A DNA stretch of 64,000 bases from Octopus sinensis (Eukaryota). Location: the NCBI RefSeq assembly GCF_006345805.1, contig NC_043010.1:46314001-46378000 (forward strand), in the 5' to 3' direction. The notes under the pieces are model-generated. The model ran no database searches. It saw only the letters and a program-made list of their open reading frames with translations, and had not been told where the DNA came from. Below, in pieces: positions 51,801 to 64,000 of the stretch. Every line of letters begins with the position of its first letter. The stretch's first letter is position 1. The translations under genes and the position numbers were made by a program.

Positions 51801-52354
51801 CTTCTATCTCTTCTCCACCCATGCTTCATGAAATATTCCTTCAACTGTTAGGCCTAATCACTTATATTGATATGAAATCATTTTCTGTTTTTTATTTTAT
51901 TTTATATTTACTTTTTATTCAATAAAGCTGCATTTAGAACAATCTCTGGCCAGTGAAACATTACTACTTGTGTGTGTGTGTGTGTGTTTTTAAAAATTTC
52001 TCACCAGTACAGTAAGAGCCAGTTTCCAATCCAGAGAAGAGATAAGAATCTTTCATTGCCATTTAGACAACACCAACTAGGCAATCATATATATATATAT
52101 AAGGCGGTGTGCTGGCAGACTCGTTAGCACGCCGGGCGAAATGCTTAGCGGTATTTCGTCTGTCGTTACGTTCTGAGTTCAAATTCTGCCGAGGTCGACT
52201 TTACCTTTCATCCTTTTGGGGTCGATAAATAAAGTACCAGTTTCGCACTGGGTGGGGTGGGGTGGGGGTCGATGTAATCGACTTAATCCCTTTGTCTGTC
52301 CTTGTTTGTCCCCTCTATGTTTAGCCCCTTGTGGGCAATAAAGAAATATATATA

Positions 52355-52408
<54 letters not shown>

Positions 52409-54529
52409 TTTGTGCACGTGTGTATTTGCATACTATTCTGTATAAGGTTCTATATTCTATGAGATATATGCAATGCTGCTACTACTGGCTAAACTTCAAT
52501 GTTTTACATATTTTTCCTGTTTTGTTAATGGCTTTGGTTATAATTTGTTTAATTAACCATTTCTTTCCTGGTTTTGAGATGTCCAACTTCACAAAATTAA
52601 TGCTCAGGTAATAATTAGTTACATAGCTAAGTGACCCAATAATCACAGGTATAAATTTAAAGATGCAGCCTGGATGTAGAGCTTGCTGACTTCTCATTAG
52701 TTTACCTGAGATATTTTTGCTGCACAGCTGATCTACTAGTGTGCACACTTGGTTTCTTTTTTTTTTTTTTTTGTGGTGGCTTTATCATTTTGAGGACCAT
52801 TGAATGTGAATGAGAGATTATCGTGTAAAGAGCTGCTTTTTATCTCTCATAATATCACTTACTCTATGCATGCAGGTTTGATCTATGAAAGCACTTGGGC
52901 ACTCAACGGTTAGTAGATGCTGTCAGAAGGATATGATGTGACAAGGCTGTTTAACCTTTTTAGCATTCAGAAGTGGTGAGAAAGGATTTTCTGACATTGG
53001 GCCTCATAGAGAGGATGTCAAGGGACCAGGACTTCTGGCAAGTTGCAGTGCTTGTGAAGACACGTCAAGTTAAGTAAAATCGTGGTTATCCTTGCATGCG
53101 GGCAAGGTTGTTTATGGAAGACGAGAAGTCACCCATGCATATAAGACTCTCTTCTCCATGCCAACAATGTCATTCAAGAGAAAGATAAAGGTTGATACAG
53201 CAACTCACTTCTACAGCTGAGTGAACTGGAGCAATGTGAAATAGAGTGTCTTGCTCAAGAACACAACGCACAGCCTGGTTCAGGAATTGAACTCACATCC
53301 ACATAATTGTAAGCCCAATGCTCTAGCCACCGAGCCGTGCACCTTCATACATTCACCTATAAGAACAGCCTATGCATATAAGCAGTACTGCTAACAGTCT
53401 ACTACCTGACAAGACCATCCACTGTCCAACCAAAGTCAACAAAATTATTGTGTGTGTGTGTGTGTGTTTTTTTTAATTACCTTTTTGCTTGTTTCAGTCT
53501 TTCGACTGTCGTGCACTGCCTTGAGGAATTTTTAGTCAAATGGATTGACTCCAGTACTTCTTTTTTAAACCTGGCACTTAGTCTGTTGGTCCCTTTTGCT
53601 GAACTGTTAAATTATCGGGATATGAACATCGGTTATCAAGTGAGGTGGGGGGACAAACCCAGTTATGAACACACACACACATACACATGATGGGCTTCTT
53701 TCTGTCTACCAAATTTATTCACGAGGCTTTGGTCAACTTGGGGCTATAGTAAAAGACACTTACCCAAGTTGTCATACAGAGGGAAGCAAGCTTCTTACCA
53801 CACAGCCATATCTGCGCCTTTATGAATATATATAAGCTATTGTATAAGCATGTGTTTGTGTCTGATTCTAAATAAATAAATGCTAAAGTTAAGAGAGTTT
53901 ATTAATGCAACTGGCACTTGTGCCAGTGGCACATGTAAAAACATTCGAACGAGGTCATTGCTAGTACCGCCTGACTGGCCCCCGTGCCGGTGGCACGTGA
54001 AAGCACCCACTACACTTTCATAGTGGTTGGCGTTAGGAAGGGCATCCAGCTGTAGAAACTCTGCCAGATCAAGATTGGAGCCTGGTGCAACCATATGGTT
54101 CGCCAGCCCTCAGTCAAGTCGTTCAACCCTTGCTAGCATGGATAGTAGATGTTAAACAATGATGGTGATGATGATGCTTACAAATATGAGGAAATTAGTC
54201 TTATACCTCATGCAGCCAATTGTAATGGGGCAAAATAAATTCTCTTTGTTATAACTTTGAAATTACATTAAATATACATATTGAAGTATTTTTATTGTAT
54301 TTTACTAAATCACTAAATAAAAGATCTTTTAATGGCTGGGTCTTGTAAAAATATAAAAGAAAAAAATGGAATAAAAAAAGAAAAGAAAATGATAGATTTT
54401 CATTAAGCGCTATAAAGGAGTAAAAATTTTTAAAGAAATGCTTAATGCAAATTCTATTAGAGAACTGGAGATATTGATGGAATGGAAATATGCATTCTAT
54501 TGTTTGAGAACATGACCACAAATTTGTTG

Positions 54530-54535
54530 ATATTA

Positions 54536-54590
<55 letters not shown>

Positions 54591-54805
54591 CATATATGTG
54601 TATGTATGTACATGTTTATGTATGTGCATGTTTATATGTGTGTGTGTGTGTGTGTGTGTTTGCATGTTTATGTATGTGCATGTATATATATATCCATGTT
54701 TGCATGTTTATGTATGTGCATGTATATATGTATATGCATGTTTATATTTATGTGTATGTAGATGTGTGTGTACATATGTATGTATGTACATAAATTTATA
54801 TGTGA
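54530..54805. repeat. Compound (TA)/(TG) microsatellite
   Basis: Direct inspection. Confidence 0.9.
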
Positions 54806-55496
54806 TGGCATGTGGCCTAGTGGTTAGGGTGCTGCATTCACGATCGCTAGATTGCAAGTTCAATTCCCAGACCAAGCAGCACATTGTGTTCTTGAGCAAA
54901 ACACTTCATTTCACATTGCTCCAGTTCACTCAGCTGTAAATGGATAACCCTACAATGGAGTAGCTTTCCAGTCAGGAGAATGTTAACCTGTTTGCCGAGC
55001 CAACAGGGTGGCATCATTCCAAAGCTAAAACAATACAAAACACATTGTGACCAGCGATGTATAACATCTGATAGTCTTGTTGGTCACGTAATATATTTTA
55101 ATCTTTTAATCTTTATTTGCTTGTTCTACTCATTGGACTGTGGCCATACTGGTGCATCATCTCAAAGGATTTAGTTAACCAAATCAACCACAATAGTTAT
55201 CTTTTCTTTTTAAAACTAGGTATTTGTTTTCATTGGTCTCTTTTTGTCAAAATGCTAAGTTACAAAGGATGTAAACACTCAAACACCAGTCATAAAGTGG
55301 TGGTGAGGAACAAACACTGACACAAAGACATGCATACACACACATACACAAACATGATGGGCTTCTTTCAGTTTCCATTTATCAAATCCACTCACAAGGC
55401 TATGGTTGGTCTGATGCTATAGTAGAAAACACTTGCCCAAGGTGCCATGAAGTGGGACTGAGATGCAAACTTCTTATCAAACAGCCATGCCTGCAA

Positions 55497-55535
<39 letters not shown>

Positions 55536-55963
55536 TGTGTGCATAATATGCCATTAATACACTATTAATACACTTTTATATTGTTGTACTGATACAAACC
55601 AATATACTCACATGATGTATGCATACTTTAATGCTTTCCCTGCATACACACAAATATTTGTATATGTGTCTTCATTGGATTTCAAATGAATTTAGATTTG
55701 ATTTCTGAATCTGTATATTTTAACATTACAACTGGCATAGCTTTAATTTCGTATATATGTCAATAAAAGTGTCCAATCTAATGCATCCATTAACAAAATA
55801 GTAAAATGCTAGCAATAAAATTAGGTTTTTAAATTGCTTTTATTCTTTTCCTTTTTTCCAAATTGTACATATGTTCTTCTTGATTGCTTTCCTTTTTAAT
55901 CCATTCAACTGCATATCACAATATCAGGAATTTTGTATCTAATTTTATCATTGTTATCACTAT

Positions 55964-56143
55964 AGGCATAGGAGTGGCTGTGTGGCAAGTAGCTTGCTTA
56001 CGAACCACATGATTGCAGGTTCAGTCCCACTGCGTGGCACCTTGGGCAAGTGTCTTCTACTATAGCCTTGGGTTGACCAAAGCCTTGTGAGTGGATTTGG
56101 TAGGCGGAAACTGAAAGAAGCCCGTCCTGTATATGTGTGTGTG

Positions 56144-56174
<31 letters not shown>

Positions 56175-56374
56175 ATGTGTTTGTGTGTCTGTGTTTGTCC
56201 CCCCAACATCGCTTGACAACCGATGCTAGTGTGTTTACATCCCTGTAACTTAGCAGTTCGGCAAAAGAGACCAATAGAATAAGTACTAGGCTTACAAAGA
56301 ATAAGTTCTGGGGTCGATTTGCTCAACTAAAGGTGGTGCTCCAGCATGACCACAGTCAAATGACTGAAACAAGT
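55964..56374 (+). mobile_element. SINE family A
   Basis: Near-consensus copy. Confidence 0.9.
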
Positions 56375-57889
56375 TATCATGGTTTCAGTCACTTCATAGT
56401 TGAAGTTATAGCCTTTCTTTAACCCTTTTGTTACCAACCCGGCTGAAACCGGCTCTGTTGTACAAATGTCTGGTTTTCTTAAGGTTTCAATTAAAATCCT
56501 CCACCAAACCTTAGTTACAATTTATGTTCCTAATACAAGCTGAATGATAACTAATTTATTTTACTAAATTCTTTGTTATATTTAAAGTAATTGAAAGAAA
56601 CACAGAACATCTCAAAATAAATACAGTAACGAAAGGGTTAAAGCAGAGGTTCTCAACCAGGGTCCATATGACTGCAGCGGATCCATATTAGGTTTTGGGG
56701 GTTTCCTGTAAGCAAAATAGTAAATTAAGGATCTACAGTAGTATATTAACCCTTTAGCATTCAGATTACTCCATCAAATGTAATGCATATTCATTCACAT
56801 TGTTTTCAAATAATCATTCCTTATCTCTTAGCTTTGAAATTTTGATGTTGTGACTGTATATTTTTAGAATGACATTGTAGGATAGGCATGAAAGGCTAGA
56901 TCTAGCCTGTTTGAATACTAAAGGATTAAGGGTCCATGGGAAAATTTTACTTTAGATGTATTTATTGCAAGAAACAGATAGGATAGGTTTCTTTCTCAAA
57001 TGTTTTGGATAGTTCAGTGTACACAAGTTAATGCATGTAAAAGAAAGAAATATCTATAAAACTAGTTTCGACTTAACCCCTCTCCTGAGATTGCTGGCCT
57101 TGTGCCAAAATTTGAAACCATTATTACACAGAAGTTCCCATTAACCACCAGTTTTAAAATTACTTGTTATGGCTGTAGAATTATAATAAATAAGGCGGCG
57201 AGCTGGCAGAAACGTTAGCACTCCGGGCGAAATGCTTAGCAGTATTTCGTCTGCCCTTACGTTCTGAGTTCAAATTCCACCGAGGTCGACTTTGCCTTTC
57301 ATTCTTTTGGGGGTTTATAAATTAAGTACCAGTTACACACTGGGGTTGATGTAATCGACTTAATCCCTCAGTCTGTCCTTGTTTGTCCCCTCTATATTTA
57401 GCCCTTTGTGGGCAATAAAGAAATAAGAATTATAATAAACAGAAGGGACTTGAGAATTGTGAGCTGATGTACACTTATGCACTAAGAGTTAGCAAGTTCC
57501 ACAAAGAGCTAGCTTACACAGCTCTCATAAGCCATTCATCTTTTTCCAGTTTTCTTGGCACTCACCAGACTATAGAGTATGATAGATTATCAAAGACCTT
57601 CTCCAAATTAACAAATGCTACAGAGTTAAAAGTTACTCTAATGTGAGATGGAATAACTTATAACTTTGTAGCATTTAAACTGGTCATATCTGACCTAAAT
57701 ATTCTAACTTTATTTTTTACCAGCCAGATCTGGCCTTTCATACCTACCCTGCAGTGTCAATCTAAAAATAATCACATTGAAATTTCTAAGCTGCAAGATG
57801 ATGCATAATTAATTCAAGACAATGTAATTAAAGAAGTATTACATTTGACAGAGTTATTTGAATGCTAAAGGGTTAACTGAGTACATTTG

Positions 57890-58110
57890 TATTTGTCTCA
57901 TTAAGAAGACGGTGATTCTCTTCCTTTGCAAAATCTCAAAATGACCTTGTCATGGTAAATACTCTTGCTACACGATAATTCTTTCAATAACTTTCATAAT
58001 CTAGGCCATATATTTTATGTTTCTCTCTCAAGTGTCTTCTTTTTAACAGTTAATGAGGATATTACTTTGCTAGTCATTGGGTATAGCGCCTTCCTGTGCT
58101 ACCTGTTTAA
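57890..58110 (-). mobile_element. Degenerate RTE reverse-transcriptase N-terminal fragment
   Basis: IVKQVAQEGAIPND*QSNILINC...MKVIERII...VFLMRQ follows the GxIPxDW...YRG...MKVxER...IFLxRQ pattern, with stops. Confidence 0.6.
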
Positions 58111-58664
58111 CTATGCAATTAGTGACGCTTCTGTGACACCTGCTGCTCAAGTATTGCGACACAAGCACAGGTATGGCCGCATGGTTAAGAAGCTTAATTT
58201 GCAATCAAGTGGTCCTGAGTTCAGTTCCATCACATAGCAAGCACCCTAGGACAGTTTCTTTTACTACAACAACAGATTGAGCCAATACCTTTCAAATGAC
58301 ATTTGGAAGATGGAAACAGTGCTAATGCCTCATACATACACTCACAAATGCATATATACATCGTCACGAAATATGCATTCATGCTGGTGCCACTCACACT
58401 AGTGCTATGTAAAAGCACCCATGCCAGTAACATATAAGAAGTACCCTGCCTACTTTAAAGTGGTTGGCATGAGGAAGGGCATCTAGCCATAGAAACCATA
58501 CTAAAACAGACAGTTGGAACTTGGACAGCTCTCTGGCCTTCTGCTATATAGGGCTAAAGAGTCCTCACCACTCTATAGAGTCTTCATATATGCAGAGCTA
58601 TTGTAAATGGCTGAGGAGGTAAATAGAATAGACAGGGATGAAAGGATGGGTGGGAGTAGGAACA

Positions 58665-58699
<35 letters not shown>

Positions 58700-58759
58700 G
58701 TTTCTGATGTGTATTGATAGAAAAAGAATGAAAATGTTGTTGTACTTGGGGATCCTTTT

Positions 58760-58992
58760 ATTCTTTTACTTGTTTCAGTCATTTGACTACAGCCATGCTG
58801 GAGCACTGCTTTGAAGGGTTTTAATCAAACAAATTGACCCCAATACTTATTTCTTAAGCCTAGTACTTATTCTATCAGTCTCTTTTGCCAAACCATTAAG
58901 TTATAAAGATGTAAACACACCAATACCAGTTGTCAAGTGGTGATGGGGTGACAAACACAGACACAAAGACACACACACATACATATATACAT

Positions 58993-59048
<56 letters not shown>

Positions 59049-59215
59049 GCTTCTTTCAGTTTCCATTTACCAAATCCACTCACAAAGCTTTGGTCGATCT
59101 GAGACTATAGTAGAAGTAGTAGAAGACATTTGCTCAATGTGCCACACACTGGGACTGAACCTGGAACCATGGTGTTGGGAGGCAAGCTTCTTACCATACA
59201 GCCACACCTGTGCCT
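58760..59215 (-). mobile_element. SINE family A
   Basis: Reverse-complement match with central (CA)n/(TACA)n. Confidence 0.85.
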
Positions 59216-59297
59216 GGTAATTTTTTTTTTTTTGTCAAACACACACACACTATTTATTTGATCTTCACTTTAGTTTTCATTTGTAGTATTTTTAATT

Positions 59298-59459
59298 TAT
59301 ATGTCTGTCCAGGTTCTTTTGTCACACAATTTGTGACCTCATTAGTGACTCTGTCCCATGTGTCTTCTCTTGTCTTGCTTATTCCAGTTTGTCCTTGAGA
59401 AGGACAGAATGGAATAAGCAGGACAAGAGATGACAAAAGAACTTTGAGACAGATGTATA
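59298..59459. repeat. Imperfect hairpin with an asymmetric bulge
   Basis: tcttgtcttgcttattccagtttgtcctt|gag|aaggacagaatggaataagcaggacaaga, plus outer arms ttcttttgtca / tgacaaaagaa. Confidence 0.85.
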
Positions 59460-59509
59460 AACTAAAAATTATAGTGGGAAGGCTCGATGAATAGTGCATA
59501 TTTTTAATT

Positions 59510-59924
59510 CTCTTTTACTCTTTTACTTGTTTCAGTCATTTGACTGCGGCCATGCTGGAGCACCACCTTTAGTCAAGCAAATCGACCCCGGGACTTATTC
59601 TTTGTAAGCCCAGTACTTATTCTATCGGTCTCTTTTGCCGAACAGCTAAGTGATGGGGACGTAAACACCCCAGCATCGGTTGTCAAGCAATGCTGGGGGG
59701 GACAAACACAGGCACACAAACACACATACGTACACATATATATATATATATACATATATACGACAGGCTTCTTTCAGTTTCCGTCTACCAAATCCACTCA
59801 CAAGGCATTGGTCGGCCCGGGGCTATAGCAGAAGACACTTGCCCAAGATGTCACACAGTGGGACTGAACCCAGAACCATGTGGTTGGTTAGCAAGCTACT
59901 TACCACACAGCCATTCCTGCACCT
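59510..59924 (-). mobile_element. SINE family A
   Basis: Near-consensus copy. Confidence 0.9.
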
Positions 59925-60411
59925 AATTGGCCCCAAAAAATATTAAAAAAAACAAAGAAACATAACCATCCCCAATTATAACAATACATGTTTCAACATA
60001 CATTTTCACATCAAGAATCTTGCAAAATGAATACATTAATGTTTAGAATGAAGATGGTATTTTACAAATCAAATCCCTATAACAAGTTATATTCCTTTGT
60101 CATTTTACTTCTGAAATGTTGTGAATCAATGATTGGCTCATTAGAAACCTATGACTAATCAATGTTATTGTTCATCAATTGAGAAATAAAATAAATGATA
60201 AATATAACCCCCACCCCCGATTCCCCAAGCAGTAAGTTAATGCTATTAGACGACAGAAGCACCAGTTACAATAAAAAATAATTGGTGCTTATAATTTTTA
60301 ATATCATTTTATATTAAAATCTTAGAAGTTATTTTGCAATAAGTCATCATTTTAAAAGATTTACAACATCAAAATACCAGCATAAAACTTTTCAAACAGA
60401 TCAGATAAGTT

Positions 60412-60811
60412 TACTCTTTACTCTTTTACTTGTTTCAGTCATTTGACTGCAGCCATGCTGGAGCACTGCCTTTAGTTGAGCAAATCGACCCCAGAACTTA
60501 TTCTTTGTAAGCCTAGTACTTATTCTATCGGTCTCTTTTGCTGAACCGCTAAGTGACGGGAACGTAAACACACCATCGGTTGTCAAGCGATGTTGGGGGG
60601 ACAGATACACACACACACATATATATATACATATATATATATATATATGACAGGCTTCTTTCAGTTTTCGTCTCCCAAATCCACTCACAAGGCTTTGGTC
60701 AGCCCGATGCTATAGTAGAAGACACTTGCCCAAGGTTCCACGCGGTGGGACTGAACCCAGAACCATGTGGTTGGTAAACAAGCAACTTACCACACAGTCA
60801 CTCCAGTGCCT
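60412..60811 (-). mobile_element. SINE family A
   Basis: Near-consensus copy. Confidence 0.9.
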
Positions 60812-60887
60812 GTTTGTTTATTTTATTAAATATGATATCATTTCAAATTTGGAGAATGTTATTTTTGTTATATATATACATACATAG

Positions 60888-61230
60888 GTCCAGGCATGGC
60901 TGTGTGGTAAAAAGCTTGTTTCCCAACCACATGGTTCCAGGTTCAATCCTACTACATGGCACCTTGGATAAGTGTCTTCTACTATAACCTTGGGCCGACC
61001 AAAGCCTCGTGAGTGGATTTGGTAGACAGAACTGAAAGAAGCCCGTCATATATATATGCATATGTTTGTGTGTCTGTGGTTTTCCCCCCACCATTGCTTG
61101 ACAACTGATGCTGGTGTGTTTACGTACCCGTAACATAGTAGTTTGGCAAAAGAGACCAATAGAATGAGTACTAGGCTTACAAAGAATAAGTCCTGGCCAG
61201 TGTGAAATTACTGAAACAAGTAAAAGAGAA
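60888..61230 (+). mobile_element. SINE family A, inverted relative to 60412-60811
   Basis: Head-to-head with the previous copy, about 77-bp spacer. Confidence 0.9.
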
Positions 61231-63212
61231 AATGCGTGTGTATATGTGTGTGTTATCTTTCATCTTTTGTTATCATTAGACTGTGGCCATGCTAGAGCAC
61301 TGCCTTGAAGAATTGTTGAATTAATCAACTTCAGAACTTTTTGTTTTTTTTAAGTCTGGTATTTATCCTATCAATGCCTTTTGCTGAACTGGGTACATAA
61401 ACACACAAATACTGGTTGTCAAATGGTGGTAGGAGATACACACACACATATGCACACATTCACTTACATGTACATGATGGGATTCTTTCAGTTTCCGTCT
61501 ACCGAATCTATTCAAAAGATCTGAGGGTATAGCACAAAACACTTGCTGAAACAACCATGCCTGCACCTATGCAAACTATATATAATGAAAAGCTACTTTA
61601 TATTTTGTTTTATTGATTTTTATCCTGATGAAAGATATATTGTAAGACCATGTGTTGTGAGAGAAAGAAACTGTTGGTTAAAAAGCTTTTAATATACTTT
61701 TGAAAGAACATTATTCTCCATGTGTGGCATTTCTTAATCCAATATCTTATCCTGAACAACTCTTATCCTCTTTCTTGAAATCTTGGTCATGTATTCATTG
61801 AAAATTGACTTTTTACATCTATCCTTATTATATACTTGCTTTTTCCTAAAAATGTTTTCTGTTAATGTTACAGAAAAGAGAAAGAGAAAAAAACAGAAAA
61901 GTTACTAAATTCTACTAGAATATCATTAAATTGTAAGGATTTGTAATATTAAGATATTGTTTCATTTTCAGTGCAAAGCAGATCATTATCATTATGCATA
62001 TATTTCGTCTAATGGCATCATCAAGATAATAAGGAGGTTCTGTCTAGTCATGTATCTAATATTCCTATTAACTATATGAAGCTCATTGTCGCTCTGTCAT
62101 TTTATAATTACATTTTTTTTTATATTATTCAGTCTAACTTAATGAGCTTTTACTGAAATCAACTGATTTTCTTTTATTCATCTTCATGGTAATCTAAGGA
62201 AATTAATTGAAATTGAATGATAAATATGTTTAGTTGGTTTTAGAATTCTTAATTTATTGGCTTATTGATACTGGAAGAAAAGTAAATTATTTTCTGTCTT
62301 TTGACTTGATTTGACAAAGAGTAGAAGTTGTTTTTCGTAACTACTTTTAGAAAGTAGTCTACATATAGACAAAAGTAGAATTTTATTTTTAGATCTTGTT
62401 TTTCAGTAATCAATAGTGAATTGTAGCCAACAAGCAATTGTATACATTTTATATAGCTCTGTTCAGCTTCACAGATTACCAACTACCCAGGTAAAAATAT
62501 CTCTCATATACAGTATTTCCTAAATTGTTCTCTCTCTCTCTCTCTCTCTCTCTGTAATTGTCTGCTTCATTCTAATGCTGACAGACCGATTCTTCTCCCT
62601 GTTAGGAAGTTGTTTATATTTATTTTATCATGGTTATATCACTGTTTTAGCTAAACTTTTGGCAGCCACTTTAGAAACTACTTTAGCTCCTAACAAATTT
62701 CGACTTTGTACAAATCCCAAATCTGGCATTGTGTTGTAATTCCTACAGAACAAACTCTTTGCCATTTCTCTTGTTGATGACTTCCATCACAGTGTTTCCA
62801 TTAGTTGTTTCACTGTACAGCACCTTGGACAAGTGTCTTCTACTGTAGTTCCATTTGTGTTGCGCCCCTACCACCACTGCCTGATAGTGTTGGTTTGTTT
62901 ATGTCCCAGGAATATAGTGGTTCAGTAAAAGAGACCAATGAAACAAGTACCAAACCTTAAAAAAAAACAAAAGTAAGTACAGAGAGGAATTTAATTAAAA
63001 CCTTCAAGGTGGTGCTCCAGCTTGGCCACAGTCCAATGATTGAAACAAGTAAAAGATTACTGACATCATCAATAATGTAAATTTCTTCCCACAGTCTTTT
63101 CAGCATTATCTATAAGTTAACAACAGCAACCAGTATTGCCAAGTTTATTAATACCTAATATAAATATATAATCACATGAATTCACTATATTTTAAATAAA
63201 TTGCTTTAAGAA

Positions 63213-63279
63213 CATATGTGTGTGTGTATAGATATATGTGTGTGTGTGTGTGTGTGATATATGTATATATATATATATA

Positions 63280-63355
<76 letters not shown>

Positions 63356-63505
63356 TCATATATATATATGTATATATATGATTTATATGTATATATATGT
63401 ATATATATATGACGTATATGTATATGCATATATATATATGTATTGTATATATATATATATGTATATGTATGTATATATGTATATGTATGTATATATATAT
63501 GTATG

Positions 63506-63540
<35 letters not shown>

Positions 63541-63563
63541 GTATATATATATGTATATATATG

Positions 63564-63594
<31 letters not shown>

Positions 63595-64000
63595 GTATAT
63601 ATATGTATATGTATGTATATATATATATATGTATATATATATATGTATATATATGTATATGTATGTATATATATATATATATGTATATATGTATATGTAT
63701 GTATATATATATATATATGTTATATATATATATATGTATATATATATGTATATATATGTATATATATATATGTATATATATGTATATATATGTATATATA
63801 TATGTATATATATGTATATATATGTATATATATATGTATATATATGTATATATATGTATATATATATGTATATATATGTATATATATGTATATATATATG
63901 TATATATATGTATATATATATGTATATACATGTATCTATATATATATGCATATGTATATATGTATATGTATATATGTATATATATATATATGTGTGTGTA
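63213..64000. repeat. Long (TA)n/(TATG)-interrupted microsatellite running off the window edge
   Basis: Direct inspection; ORFs 63172..63951 and 63383..63931 are artefacts. Confidence 0.95.

Overview
AT-rich animal genomic DNA, most likely an octopod (Octopus sp.). This is inferred from the tRNA-derived SINE families, RTE LINE tails and (TA)/(TG)/(CAT) microsatellites; it is not proven. Most of the window is repeats, and nearly every ORF in the supplied track is a repeat or microsatellite artefact. Reading splice sites by hand gives a minus-strand, multi-exon protein-coding gene that the ORF track only partly captures. It has 10 GT-AG exons between 30765 and 465, phase-compatible at all 9 junctions, with 378 uninterrupted codons and both ends open. 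I cannot name its product. Other notable items: a decayed intronless fragment of cytoplasmic dynein-2 heavy chain in one intron; a candidate 13-nt micro-exon; a candidate poison exon; a GCT/TCT repeat flanked by two in-frame acceptors; a 265-bp fold-back palindrome that includes unique flank; several other hairpins; nested transposons with readable TSDs; a complete non-autonomous Helitron; and RTE and HERO-like LINE remnants. There is no CRISPR array, rRNA or intact tRNA. Homology statements come from recalled sequences and motifs, not from searches.
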